IMG/VR virus record: IMGVR_UViG_2513237368_000009
From: a virus
Lineage: Duplodnaviria > Heunggongvirae > Uroviricota > Caudoviricetes
Reading direction: 5' to 3' (one strand)
DNA: 64,000 nucleotides
Program-made: the position numbers and the translations under genes
The notes under the pieces: model-generated
Seen by the model: only the letters and a program-made list of their open reading frames with translations
Told to the model about the DNA's origin: nothing
Database searches by the model: none
Shown: positions 40,005 to 49,315 of the stretch, one piece after another
Numbering within the stretch: the first letter of the stretch is position 1
How the letters are laid out: each line of letters opens with the position of its first letter

Positions 40005-40355
40005 CTACTTGCAGAAACCACCATTAAGCAATTGTTGTAACATACTAAAGTTAGGAGTAAACAACCCCTTAGTTGTTATGACAATTGCTATCAAGAATAC
40101 AAGGTCAAAAATCACCAATACAATCAATACTAAAATTCTAGCTATCGGATCATCTTCCCACCTTGTCTTGTTTTCATAGCATTCTTTAATGTTTCTAAAC
40201 AAAAAGTACCCAGCTATCGTGAAACCAATAAAACCTAGTACAGACAATGCAATCGTTATAAATGACTGCATCATGTATTCATGAACCAATTCATGATACC
40301 CTTGTGGTGTCTTTTTCATTAGTTCCATAGCTAATACATTTAATTTATTGTCCAA
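40005..40355 (-). CDS. membrane protein
   Basis: two TM helices. Confidence 0.4.
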   Translation of the reverse strand: MDNKLNVLAMELMKKTPQGYHELVHEYMMQSFITIALSVLGFIGFTIAGYFLFRNIKECYENKTRWEDDPIARILVLIVLVIFDLVFLIAIVITTKGLFTPNFSMLQQLLNGGFCK

Positions 40356-40358
40356 TTG

Positions 40359-40538
40359 TTACACCTCCACTAACTTTTCCACCTCATCTACTGATAAACT
40401 TACAAATGTACCAGCCGATACTTTGACAGTGACCGCCATTACCTTATTGTCACCTGTGATTTTGTCACTAATGATTCCTTGATCACCATTAAATACACCT
40501 TCTAAAATTAATACTTTGTCGCCTACTTCTAAATTCAT
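40359..40538 (-). CDS. small hypothetical protein (59 aa, not in track)
   Basis: GGAGGATAAA RBS then ATG 40538; MNLEVGDKVLILEG. Confidence 0.35.
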   Translation of the reverse strand: MNLEVGDKVLILEGVFNGDQGIISDKITGDNKVMAVTVKVSAGTFVSLSVDEVEKLVEV

Positions 40539-40568
40539 AATTTATCCTCCTTTAAATGTTGTTTAATT

Positions 40569-40877
40569 CTATAATCTGATAGTTCCTCTTATCATGAAGT
40601 CTTCCTCAATCAATTTAGCTGCAAGGATATCTTCTGAAGTCAAAGTATGAATACCCTCACTTAATCGTTCAAATCGCTCAACTGAATATGTGAAACCTAG
40701 ATTGTATTTGATCATATCAGTCCAAACGGTTTCTAATTCAATTTTGCCACTTTCTAAATCTTCTCGATATTTGTCAAAGTTGAATTTCTTTCCCTTTACT
40801 ACATTGTCCAAAAGATCATATTCATGCTTAATGTTAAGCACGTAGTTTTCAGACTTTTTATTGTAACTCAACCACAT
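40569..40877 (-). CDS. hypothetical protein
   Basis: ORF track. Confidence 0.4.
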   Translation of the reverse strand: MWLSYNKKSENYVLNIKHEYDLLDNVVKGKKFNFDKYREDLESGKIELETVWTDMIKYNLGFTYSVERFERLSEGIHTLTSEDILAAKLIEEDFMIRGTIRL

Positions 40878-40910
40878 ATTCTATAACACTTCCTTATTGT
40901 AAGATGTATA

Positions 40911-41678
40911 CTACCTAGGTTCGATAAATAATGGTGTATTGTAGATAAGTTTGTCCATTAACTCGAAATCAGTCTTGGTCTCCATACTCTCGTACTTTTC
41001 TTTTAGAGCTTTATACAGTCCCTCTGGGTCTATAAAATGTAACAAATCTTTATCATAGCTATCAGTGTTTTTAACATACATATATCTAGCTATGCCAGAG
41101 ATTTCGACTTCTAAGAATGTATTCTCACAAACGTAAACCTCGTTTTCTAAGAAGGTATTGTTATAAACAGAAATTCCATATCTATACGCTTTAATTAGAT
41201 TAAATAATTCTTTACCAAAAGAACCGCTGCCATGGTACACCTTATCTGGTGACATCCTAGACAGGTTAGATTTAATCATTCCGACACATGACCCAACAAA
41301 ATGTTTTGAATCCATAGAAGATAGTAGTTCTCTATATTGATAGAGCATTTCAGCCAATGTACTGAAATATGTGCCAATAAATACTGGACGATTGAAAAAT
41401 ATCTCAATAAAATTAGGGTTAGTCTTCTTCAATAAAGAAAATAAATGAGTGATATCGAAACACTTAATTTCATAATTTTCACCTCTATATGTCTTACCCT
41501 TATTCCTATCACTCAGCACAAAGTCTTTCTTATTAGAAATAGTGAAAGCATAAAAATCATAATCTGAATTAAGATTGTTAGTTCCAGTTAATCTTGACCC
41601 CGTCAAATATAATAAAGCTAAATTAGGTATCTTCTCTCTAATGTCGTTCACAATCTTTTGCGGTACTGATACTTTCAT
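40911..41678 (-). CDS. minimal nucleotidyltransferase-fold protein (Pol-beta superfamily, GS...DxD)
   Basis: LTGSRLTGTNNLNSDYDFYAF near N-terminus; ATG 41678 after AGGAGGGG, 11 nt after tdk stop (track start 41798 overlaps tdk). Confidence 0.45.
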   Translation of the reverse strand: MKVSVPQKIVNDIREKIPNLALLYLTGSRLTGTNNLNSDYDFYAFTISNKKDFVLSDRNKGKTYRGENYEIKCFDITHLFSLLKKTNPNFIEIFFNRPVFIGTYFSTLAEMLYQYRELLSSMDSKHFVGSCVGMIKSNLSRMSPDKVYHGSGSFGKELFNLIKAYRYGISVYNNTFLENEVYVCENTFLEVEISGIARYMYVKNTDSYDKDLLHFIDPEGLYKALKEKYESMETKTDFELMDKLIYNTPLFIEPR

Positions 41679-41688
41679 GTTACCCCTC

Positions 41689-42279
41689 CTATTTATGTGC
41701 CCCAGCATTAGTGGGACAATGCCAATGTCTACGACAAACAGAGATATACTCTTCATCTCCGATTTGTACTTGTTCACCTTCATAAACTGGCTTACCATTA
41801 ACCATTCGTAAATTCATTGTTGCTTTCTTATTACAATATCTGCATACAGTTTTGATTTCTTCGAGCTTATCAGCAAGTGTCAAGAGTGCTTTGCTACCCT
41901 CAAATAGATTATTACTAAAGTCATTTTTCAGACCATAACAGATAACTGGTATACCAAACAAATCCACAATGCTGGCTAGTTCCTCAACCTGTTTACTTGT
42001 CAAGAATTGAGATTCGTCAATCAAGATACATGATGGATCAATTTTCAGCATATCTTCATCTATGATATCTCCCATAATGCTTGTTTCATTGCTTACGGGT
42101 ATTGCCTCATGAGAGATACCAATGCGGCTGCTAATGCAACCTACACCCGACCTAGTATCTAATGAACTCGTCAATAGAATAACTTTCTTACCACTCTCAC
42201 GATAATTATGAGCAACCTTCAGCAACTCTACACTCTTACCACTGTTCATAGTTCCATATCTAAAAAACAATTGTGCCAT
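41689..42279 (-). CDS. tdk: thymidine kinase
   Basis: [20 protein letters not shown]-loop, C-terminal Cys cluster CRYC..C..H. Confidence 0.8.
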   Translation of the reverse strand: MAQLFFRYGTMNSGKSVELLKVAHNYRESGKKVILLTSSLDTRSGVGCISSRIGISHEAIPVSNETSIMGDIIDEDMLKIDPSCILIDESQFLTSKQVEELASIVDLFGIPVICYGLKNDFSNNLFEGSKALLTLADKLEEIKTVCRYCNKKATMNLRMVNGKPVYEGEQVQIGDEEYISVCRRHWHCPTNAGAHK

Positions 42280-42473
42280 CTATTTTCCTCCTTCACGTTT
42301 GCCTTGGGGACTATAATCTTTATATCCCTTGTAACCGTGATAATTATTTTCTGGACAGTTAAGATACCATTTATTGCCCGTAATATTAAACCTTGATTTT
42401 AATATCTTCTTGTCTTGTATTAATAAAGCATGATTCCTAGCTCTCTTGCGCATTTATACTTCCTCTTTTCTTA

Positions 42474-42746
42474 TTAAACTGACAAAATTTCTAATTCTCT
42501 ACCAAAGTGATAACCATTAACAGAAAAGTTATCTTTGCCAACCTCTCTTGCAATCCATTTTCCGTACACATAATTATCATTTTTGACAAGAAAACTCTCT
42601 TCCACTTTCACATCTGGAACATTGACAAAGTTATTTATTCTATACGGTTGTACACGATCGCCTTCGTAAATTTTCTTCCCATTTTTGTCTTTGATTCCAG
42701 TGTATCTTCCAAAAGCCCCATGAGTTTTATTCATTTTTTCCTCCAA
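42474..42746 (-). CDS. YopX-family protein (paralog 1)
   Basis: KDKNGKKIYEGDRV motif. Confidence 0.45.
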   Translation of the reverse strand: MEEKMNKTHGAFGRYTGIKDKNGKKIYEGDRVQPYRINNFVNVPDVKVEESFLVKNDNYVYGKWIAREVGKDNFSVNGYHFGRELEILSV

Positions 42747-43115
42747 TTATTCGACAATCTTTAAATCATAACATCCATATTCACTAAGAGGTAAATTCCC
42801 AAGCATAAGAGACGTTTTTGTTGACCAAATTTTACCGATTCTATGATCCATTAGTTTAGGAGTTAAGTTAGACCAAAATTCAACATTATCTCCTTCATAA
42901 ATCTTTTTGCCACTTTCAATATCTTTTCGTCCTGAATATTGTTCAAGAATTACATCATCATTTTTTACATTCCAAGTTTCATTTTTGCCTTTAACAATCA
43001 CGTAGACCGAACTAGGAGTTCCATCTGTGTCCCTATTTTGGATTGCTGTCACATAGTCCGATCTAACATTCAACCTTTTATTAAATGCTCTAAAAATCAT
43101 TCTTTCGTTCATCAT
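42747..43115 (-). CDS. YopX-family protein (paralog 2)
   Basis: SGKKIYEGDNVEF motif. Confidence 0.45.
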   Translation of the reverse strand: MMNERMIFRAFNKRLNVRSDYVTAIQNRDTDGTPSSVYVIVKGKNETWNVKNDDVILEQYSGRKDIESGKKIYEGDNVEFWSNLTPKLMDHRIGKIWSTKTSLMLGNLPLSEYGCYDLKIVE

Positions 43116-43465
43116 GATACCTCCAAGAGTTCTGGGTTCTGGTGGATGTTTCCCACTACTTCTCCCTTACGAACTGCATAATCAACACGTACCCAGCCTG
43201 TTACGAAACTAGCATCTTCTTGCGACCATTTGACAACTAGATATTCAACATCACCTGTACTATTAACATATTTGATAATGTCGCCTTCATAGATTTCTTT
43301 GTCATTCTTATCTCTGTGACCTATATATTGTTCCCAAGTAGCGGTATCATTTCCGACTAAATCATCAACTAGTCCTCTAAAACTACCAAAGTTAAAACTT
43401 TCAATAGACATGTATTTATATTCCCCTAAATCTTCATGCCATGCTCTGAAGTTAATTTGTCTCAT
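43112..43465 (-). CDS. YopX-family protein (paralog 3)
   Basis: DKNDKEIYEGDIIKY motif. Confidence 0.45.
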   Translation of the reverse strand: MRQINFRAWHEDLGEYKYMSIESFNFGSFRGLVDDLVGNDTATWEQYIGHRDKNDKEIYEGDIIKYVNSTGDVEYLVVKWSQEDASFVTGWVRVDYAVRKGEVVGNIHQNPELLEVS

Positions 43466-43697
43466 TTTCTAACCCCCATTTTGCAAACTCTGCCAATACT
43501 TCAAGCTCTTGCTTCGATGTTAATTTTTTAAAAGAGTTTTCAACAACCACATTTAAATTACCTACAACATGTCTCCTATGAAGTGTTCCTATAACACCTA
43601 TTGGACTTAGCTCTAAGGATTTGTCTCGGTCTACGTAATTTTTGTACCCTTTAAGCCATTTCAATACAATATTTTGAACCTTATTCATCTTCTTCAC
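43452..43697 (-). CDS. hypothetical protein
   Basis: ORF track. Confidence 0.4.
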   Translation of the reverse strand: MKKMNKVQNIVLKWLKGYKNYVDRDKSLELSPIGVIGTLHRRHVVGNLNVVVENSFKKLTSKQELEVLAEFAKWGLENETN

Positions 43698-44142
43698 TCC
43701 CTACAAGATTAATGTGTAATGATCTAACAGTTTTACCCATGATTATATTTTTTGCTCCCAACACATTGAGTCTTATCAAACTTGCACGATACCCATTATG
43801 TTTTAATGCTTTTACTATCGTATTAAGTGACTTATCATTCAACTTATTAAGATGTGGATTCTCTTCAGCAATTATTCCTAAAGCAATACTATTACTCTCT
43901 TTAGCTGAGGATATTAAACGAGACACTTCTTCCAATGATTCTTTTGTAACACTAGTTTGTGTTGGTAAGAAATCACAAATTTCATCAAATGTCATACACT
44001 TATTTTCTTCTATCATTTCATCATCCTTCTTTATAAAAGTAAAACCTAAGCGCTTAAAGGTCTCTTCAATTTCTTGATCTGTTGCTTTTACTCCATAATT
44101 ATCAAATAAATTTTTTAAATTAATCTTAGGCATTATTACCAC
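43681..44142 (-). CDS. hypothetical protein
   Basis: ORF track. Confidence 0.4.
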   Translation of the reverse strand: MVIMPKINLKNLFDNYGVKATDQEIEETFKRLGFTFIKKDDEMIEENKCMTFDEICDFLPTQTSVTKESLEEVSRLISSAKESNSIALGIIAEENPHLNKLNDKSLNTIVKALKHNGYRASLIRLNVLGAKNIIMGKTVRSLHINLVGSEEDE

Positions 44143-44896
44143 TCCAATTCAATCGTGTACGCAATGTTCTGCGACCATAATTAATAATCTCTCCGCATCG
44201 CAATCGTTCAAGTGTTGTTTTCTTATCTTCTCTAAATCCCCATCCAAGAAAGACGCTAACGTTGTATTTCTCTTTTAGTTTTCTACCATATTCTGTTTCA
44301 AAGAAATCATCATTAATATCTTTAATCGTGAATGACAGTCCATTTTCAAAAAATGTGCTATTTGTAACTTCGTCTACATGAATCGTATTTAACAATTGCA
44401 CGTCATCTTGAATCTCATTATTCTTCAACCAATTTTCTAAATCTTCAAGTTGTGTCTTTGTTAAACTTAAATCATTAATTAAGTCATAATAATTGTTTTT
44501 GATACGTGCTATTCTTATCAATTGTGACTCTGGCAGATTCAATGGAATAAAGTATTTATTTTCAGTTACAAACGACAGATCATAATGATCATGTTTAAAT
44601 TTTATGAGCTGTGCGTATATTCCATCAAACTTTGTTAAGTAAATACCTCTTTTAAACCACATATTACGATTTGCATCAATAATGTTGTCAATGTTTATAC
44701 AAGCTATAATTAACCAGCCAACAAAACTAACGAATAATATCAACAAAATAAAGACCAACAATATATCAATGGTTATTGCTATAATATATTGATACAGTTT
44801 TCCATTTACGCCACATTCTTTACGAGTGCCATTCTTACTATTCCACAGTATCTTGGCGTACTCATTCATTACTGTAGAACGTTCGCTGCTATCCAT
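44126..44896 (-). CDS. membrane-anchored hypothetical protein
   Basis: N-terminal TM region. Confidence 0.4.
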   Translation of the reverse strand: MDSSERSTVMNEYAKILWNSKNGTRKECGVNGKLYQYIIAITIDILLVFILLILFVSFVGWLIIACINIDNIIDANRNMWFKRGIYLTKFDGIYAQLIKFKHDHYDLSFVTENKYFIPLNLPESQLIRIARIKNNYYDLINDLSLTKTQLEDLENWLKNNEIQDDVQLLNTIHVDEVTNSTFFENGLSFTIKDINDDFFETEYGRKLKEKYNVSVFLGWGFREDKKTTLERLRCGEIINYGRRTLRTRLNWSGNNA

Positions 44897-45512
44897 TTAA
44901 GAAATCTCCCTCTTCCCACATAGACATGATTTCAGTTTTTCTGCTCTCCAATTTACTAGTTTTTGAATCAATATCCGTCAACATCTGCTTGTACAATTTT
45001 TCTCTATCAGTATCTTCAAGAACCTTGATTATTGGGTACTTTTCTTTTTCGACAACGTCAGTGTATAACTGTTCAAGTGTTTCAAATTTGACTTCTCTAG
45101 TGCTGCTGTTGTAATATCCGAAATGTTCAGATAGGTAATTTATTATTACCTTGTCTGATTTCTTTTTATATCTGAAGGGGCTGCCTTGCTCTACGTCATA
45201 TACTTCTACGTCTGCATCCATATTGACGTAATGACGATAGGTACAATTGATTACATTCTTGCTTAGATCAATTTGTTCACCATAATCAAAGAATAACTTA
45301 TATACATGCGGAGTCAGATATTTATTGCTATCAAGTAGTTCGAGATTTATCTTAATTTTGTCTCCGAAATAAAAGACGGCCATATCACCAGCTTTGTTAC
45401 GTCCATGACCATGTATTTCATGTGTCTTGACTTTGATTAAGTCTCTCCACCTATGTCTTAATACCAGCTCTTTAATAAGGTACTTCTTCATATTTACATA
45501 ACATTCAGCCAT
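44889..45512 (-). CDS. hypothetical protein
   Basis: ORF track. Confidence 0.45.
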   Translation of the reverse strand: MAECYVNMKKYLIKELVLRHRWRDLIKVKTHEIHGHGRNKAGDMAVFYFGDKIKINLELLDSNKYLTPHVYKLFFDYGEQIDLSKNVINCTYRHYVNMDADVEVYDVEQGSPFRYKKKSDKVIINYLSEHFGYYNSSTREVKFETLEQLYTDVVEKEKYPIIKVLEDTDREKLYKQMLTDIDSKTSKLESRKTEIMSMWEEGDFLNG

Positions 45513-45535
45513 AATTTCTCCTTATCTCTTTAAAT

Positions 45536-45560
45536 ATTGTAATATTACTACTATCAACAT
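45536..45560 (-). promoter_or_regulatory. conserved motif copy (minus: ATGTTGATAGTAGTAATATTACAAT)
   Basis: reverse complement read. Confidence 0.5.
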
Positions 45561-45600
45561 ATATAAATATAACCGTTAAACATCAAAATGTCAACGGTTA

Positions 45601-45624
45601 TTGTAATATTACTACTATTAAATT
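45601..45624 (-). promoter_or_regulatory. conserved motif copy (minus: AATTTAATAGTAGTAATATTACAA)
   Basis: reverse complement read; second copy 40 bp from previous. Confidence 0.5.
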
Positions 45625-45889
45625 ATTCTTTAGCTTTTCTATTCCACTCTGTAATCTTGTCTGGTCTTAAATTACTCCATTCATCTACGATTTCATCTTT
45701 TTTAAGATCATAGACTTGCACAAAAGGCATAGTTCTTACTTCTTTTTCATTTTTAAGCCAATCAATGATATCACTGCTAAGTTTGACTGGCTTAAATGGT
45801 AGTTTTAAACGTTCCATGGTAATTTTGCACTTTATGCAATTGTCTTTCCATATAACTGTTGCCTGATACCTATTTTCTTGTTCTGTCAT
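45623..45889 (-). CDS. NrdH/glutaredoxin-like small redoxin
   Basis: VIWKDNCIKCKIT CxxC motif, 88 aa. Confidence 0.45.
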   Translation of the reverse strand: MTEQENRYQATVIWKDNCIKCKITMERLKLPFKPVKLSSDIIDWLKNEKEVRTMPFVQVYDLKKDEIVDEWSNLRPDKITEWNRKAKE

Positions 45890-45898
45890 ACAGCACCT

Positions 45899-46231
45899 CT
45901 ACTTTTTCCTATACATTAATTGTAATTTTCTTCTACGATCTGTTATTAATTCCCCCACCAATTCTAACGCTATCTGAGAATCAGCAACATTTTTATGCCA
46001 TACAAAAGTATGTGTCTCAATAATTTTCTTATTTTTAGTATCATATAAATACCAATGTACAATTCTCTTATCTGTATCACCAATCATTAATGAATAATCA
46101 GTATATGATACTCTATAAACCTCACGCAAACTACTATATATATCTTTTAATTCATTTTTTGCTTGTTTTTTGTGCTGTACAATATCATATAGCAATAATA
46201 ATGCAAGCAAAATAATCACAGCTTCAGTCAT
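45899..46231 (-). CDS. hypothetical protein (N-terminal TM)
   Basis: ORF track. Confidence 0.4.
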   Translation of the reverse strand: MTEAVIILLALLLLYDIVQHKKQAKNELKDIYSSLREVYRVSYTDYSLMIGDTDKRIVHWYLYDTKNKKIIETHTFVWHKNVADSQIALELVGELITDRRRKLQLMYRKK

Positions 46232-46260
46232 TCAGTCACCTCTTTTTAAAAAATCATTAT

Positions 46261-46449
46261 CTATTCTCTTACTATTTTGACATCATCACTAAAAACATAT
46301 GATTTACCACCCAACGTGATTTGCGTGCCGGCCTTAATGTGTATGGCACTATTCTCTGCTATAAACAGTTTGGGTGTCTCAACAATGAAATCTATATTAT
46401 TAGTTTCAATATTAGTGGCACTAATATTGTCTTTTATCTCCATACTCAT
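46261..46449 (-). CDS. hypothetical protein
   Basis: ORF track. Confidence 0.35.
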   Translation of the reverse strand: MSMEIKDNISATNIETNNIDFIVETPKLFIAENSAIHIKAGTQITLGGKSYVFSDDVKIVRE

Positions 46450-46892
46450 TCTCCTTTATATATAATTAACGCTGATGGAAAAGGTGCAGCATCTTTTTGT
46501 TCTCCATCAATTGCAAATTTTAACCTACCACGTATAAACTTGATCTCTGCTTTGCCAAAAATATAGTCGTGCCAATAACTAGTATCTGTCCTTGATGGAA
46601 TTAACAATACTAAATATTGATTATGCTTTAGTTTTGTCTCTGCCGCCTTTTTAACCCATAATTTAAGCTCTCTGCCGTATGGAGGATTGAGGAATAAATT
46701 TCCAGAAAGACCCCCCCAATCAATTGATAAAGAGTCATCTTTCTCTGTTAAATGATTGGTACACAGGGCATTATCATCTGTTGATGCTAAGTCCCAATTA
46801 AAGTGAAACACCTTATTAATCTTGTTAAAGAAGTCCCTAGGCGTTTCCCAATATTGCTTATCTGATGTAAACATGCTTTTATTTAATACCAT
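46446..46892 (-). CDS. small phage-type DNA N6-adenine methyltransferase (Dam-like)
   Basis: FLNPPYG motif; about 150 aa. Confidence 0.55.
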   Translation of the reverse strand: MVLNKSMFTSDKQYWETPRDFFNKINKVFHFNWDLASTDDNALCTNHLTEKDDSLSIDWGGLSGNLFLNPPYGRELKLWVKKAAETKLKHNQYLVLLIPSRTDTSYWHDYIFGKAEIKFIRGRLKFAIDGEQKDAAPFPSALIIYKGE

Positions 46893-46909
46893 AAGTCACC
46901 TCTTCAATT

Positions 46910-47494
46910 TTAATAAATAGCGCCATTGTAGAAGTTAAACTCTGGTTTATTAAAATCGAAATTAGCTAGTTCGCTCATTTTCAAAACTAAGTCTGCTCCA
47001 CCAAATGACATTAAATTAATCGGTTCTCCATATTCTTCATCTGGAATTACTAAGACAACATATTTACCAAGCGCCTTAGCATATCCAATTTCCATTCCAC
47101 ATCCAATATCTTCTTCTGTTGGTAGGTAACAGAACATAGCTATATCTGATGTTTTAATTCCCACAAGATCTCCGTTGAATGTTGCCATCGCCCATTCTTT
47201 ATCATGAAGATATTCAGGATGTTCATCTACACGAATACCTTTGTACTGGTGTTTCAAAGGAACATATGAATTTTCTGAATCCAAAGTTGCATTATCTTCT
47301 AATGCTTTAGAAAATTCATCATATGCCTTTTCTTGCTTAAGAGTGAACCAGCCAGCTCCATGGTAATAAGTCTTTTGAGGTACAGGCACTACAAATTCAC
47401 GAACACCCACTTTTATTCCCTTTGAATCAATTTCCTCAAAAGGTTCTTTCACAATCTCTTTGACACGAGTATATTTTGTGCTTACCTTTACCAT
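46910..47494 (-). CDS. nucleoside 2-deoxyribosyltransferase-like protein
   Basis: YHGAGWFT (YLAGPFF-like) and GMEIGYAKALGKYVVLV with candidate catalytic Glu. Confidence 0.45.
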   Translation of the reverse strand: MVKVSTKYTRVKEIVKEPFEEIDSKGIKVGVREFVVPVPQKTYYHGAGWFTLKQEKAYDEFSKALEDNATLDSENSYVPLKHQYKGIRVDEHPEYLHDKEWAMATFNGDLVGIKTSDIAMFCYLPTEEDIGCGMEIGYAKALGKYVVLVIPDEEYGEPINLMSFGGADLVLKMSELANFDFNKPEFNFYNGAIY

Positions 47495-48073
47495 TTATAC
47501 TTCTCCTTCTTTCTCTACAATTTGATTTAACATTTCAATGCTTTCGTCCAATAGTCCTTTGACATTTTCAATGACATAATCACACTTGTCTTTATTTTTC
47601 ATGTCAGAATAATAAAGACCTAAACGTTTATTGATATTCCAACTTGAATCGCCACGATTAATTAACATGTCTTTATTGTCGTTATATGGGGAATAGATAA
47701 ATACCGAAACTGTATCAGGATATAATTCTTTGATTTGTTCATACCCATGATAAGTTACAACCGCATAGGCGTTATTGTCCTTTGTTTTTTCTTCAATTTC
47801 ACTTAATTCTAACCCATAGTAATGATCTCCATAACGATCTTCTTCAGCAAATTTCTCTGCTCTTGCCATATTAAGAAATACCAGTTTTGAAACAAAATGA
47901 TAATCAACGCCATCTTTTTCATGCGTTCTTTTGTCTCTTGTAGTTGTGCTAACCAATTCCTTTTCTTTCCCGAAAACACTACTACCAATAGTTGTCTTAC
48001 CAGATCCAGAAGTCCCAATTAAACAAAATAATTTACCTTTACTCATTTTTATTACTCTCCAATCTCGATTCAA
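47495..48073 (-). CDS. gmk: guanylate kinase
   Basis: GTSGSGKTT P-loop and STTTRDKRTHEKDGVDYHFVS signature. Confidence 0.65.
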   Translation of the reverse strand: MNRDWRVIKMSKGKLFCLIGTSGSGKTTIGSSVFGKEKELVSTTTRDKRTHEKDGVDYHFVSKLVFLNMARAEKFAEEDRYGDHYYGLELSEIEEKTKDNNAYAVVTYHGYEQIKELYPDTVSVFIYSPYNDNKDMLINRGDSSWNINKRLGLYYSDMKNKDKCDYVIENVKGLLDESIEMLNQIVEKEGEV

Positions 48074-48314
48074 CTCTTGCTAACATCTCTTCAATAATTG
48101 CTCTAGATTCATCACTCATGTCACGTTTTTCCAATTGTTTCTTGAAACCGTCACGAGCGCTTTCCAAATATTCATCACCTATTTCGATTAAGCTGTTAGC
48201 AAACTTTAATTCTGCTGGCTTATTGAATAAAAGTAAGATACCCATATCGTTTAATGTCTTTGGTTCAAGTTCATGAACCAATATTGAGATTGCTTGTTCT
48301 GTACTTTGTTTCAT
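48039..48314 (-). CDS. hypothetical protein
   Basis: ORF track. Confidence 0.35.
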   Translation of the reverse strand: MKQSTEQAISILVHELEPKTLNDMGILLLFNKPAELKFANSLIEIGDEYLESARDGFKKQLEKRDMSDESRAIIEEMLARVESRLESNKNE

Positions 48315-48477
48315 TTATTTCCCTCCTAATTTTCAAGTGTTACATCTTTGTATACGTCAACATGGACTTGATTAACTTTTAAATAGACATCGTCACCAGA
48401 ATCAAAATAGGTAACGTTTTCGTCTCCGAGTCCATCTTTAACTAGTTCACTTAGCTTGTCCCTCAATTCCTTAACTG

Positions 48478-49050
48478 TCATATTCGTTCCACCTCGAAAA
48501 CTGGCGCTGGAATAAATTGTTTGAAAACACTTGGTACATTTTCTAATTCTTTAGCAGTAAAAGATTGTTTCAACCTTGTGTTTTCGGGACGATATGAACA
48601 AGCAAAAAATTTGTTGTCCACACCCAATGTCAAATATTGTTGTCCATTGTCACTAACCAAACCTAATAGTGGAATCATAATTCTAGGCTCATTATTCTCA
48701 CCTGTGATTCTTTCAATAATTTCATTTGAAGGAACAAAATCTAATTCTGCTGGATTGATATTCTTATCATCAATGAGAATGTCATATGATAATTTACGAG
48801 AATCTACACCTTTATAAAACTTCAATACTCTAGTTAGATTTTCATTAACTTTATCGAACTTTAGTCCTTGTTGTTTACACCACTTAACGGCATCTTTCAG
48901 TAAAGAACCATTGCGACAAGTCCACAATATTAATTCATTACCCTTATTCTTTAATTTGATAAGTGCCTTAATCAAAGGCTTGTTAGCAACACCTATTTCT
49001 GGGTATGCTTCTTCACACAATGTTCCATCAAAATCTACTGCAATAATCAT
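48478..49050 (-). CDS. HAD-superfamily phosphatase (nucleotidase/PNK-phosphatase-like)
   Basis: IIAVDFDGTL motif I; ATG 49050 after GGAGGAAAGAC. Confidence 0.5.
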   Translation of the reverse strand: MIIAVDFDGTLCEEAYPEIGVANKPLIKALIKLKNKGNELILWTCRNGSLLKDAVKWCKQQGLKFDKVNENLTRVLKFYKGVDSRKLSYDILIDDKNINPAELDFVPSNEIIERITGENNEPRIMIPLLGLVSDNGQQYLTLGVDNKFFACSYRPENTRLKQSFTAKELENVPSVFKQFIPAPVFEVERI

Positions 49051-49064
49051 GTCTTTCCTCCTAA

Positions 49065-49089
49065 ATGTCAATATTACTACTATTAAATT
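49065..49089 (-). promoter_or_regulatory. conserved motif, exact copy on minus strand, abuts SD of HAD gene
   Basis: minus: AATTTAATAGTAGTAATATTGACAT then TTAGGAGG. Confidence 0.6.
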
Positions 49090-49256
49090 GGTTCGATTGT
49101 CTTGCTATTGAGATCAGCAAAATACAAAGCGTCCCTACTATCCATAAAAGTAAATTCCTTATCTTCACCATCTGGCAGTATGTCGTGAATGTGTTTAATG
49201 TTGTTCTTCGCTGCAAGTTTCTTGACAGCTTTCAGTTCTGAATGTTTGACTTCCAT
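49083..49256 (-). CDS. small hypothetical protein (57 aa, not in track)
   Basis: RBS TTAGGGG then ATG 49256; motif copy upstream. Confidence 0.35.
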   Translation of the reverse strand: MEVKHSELKAVKKLAAKNNIKHIHDILPDGEDKEFTFMDSRDALYFADLNSKTIEPI

Positions 49257-49290
49257 TTCTAAACCCCTAACTTTATTTTATATACTATAT

Positions 49291-49315
49291 TATAATATTA
49301 CTACTATTAAAAATC
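49291..49315 (-). promoter_or_regulatory. conserved motif copy (minus: GATTTTTAATAGTAGTAATATTATA)
   Basis: reverse complement read. Confidence 0.5.

Noticed and set aside
41679-41798. Long N-terminal extension of the nucleotidyltransferase ORF overlapping tdk by 110 nt
   Set aside because: An internal ATG at 41678 has a perfect AGGAGGGG SD immediately after the tdk stop; the extension is probably not translated.
48326-48481. Possible small minus-strand ORF in the 160-nt gap before the HAD gene
   Set aside because: Manual translation from ATG 48481 gives only about 33 codons before a stop.
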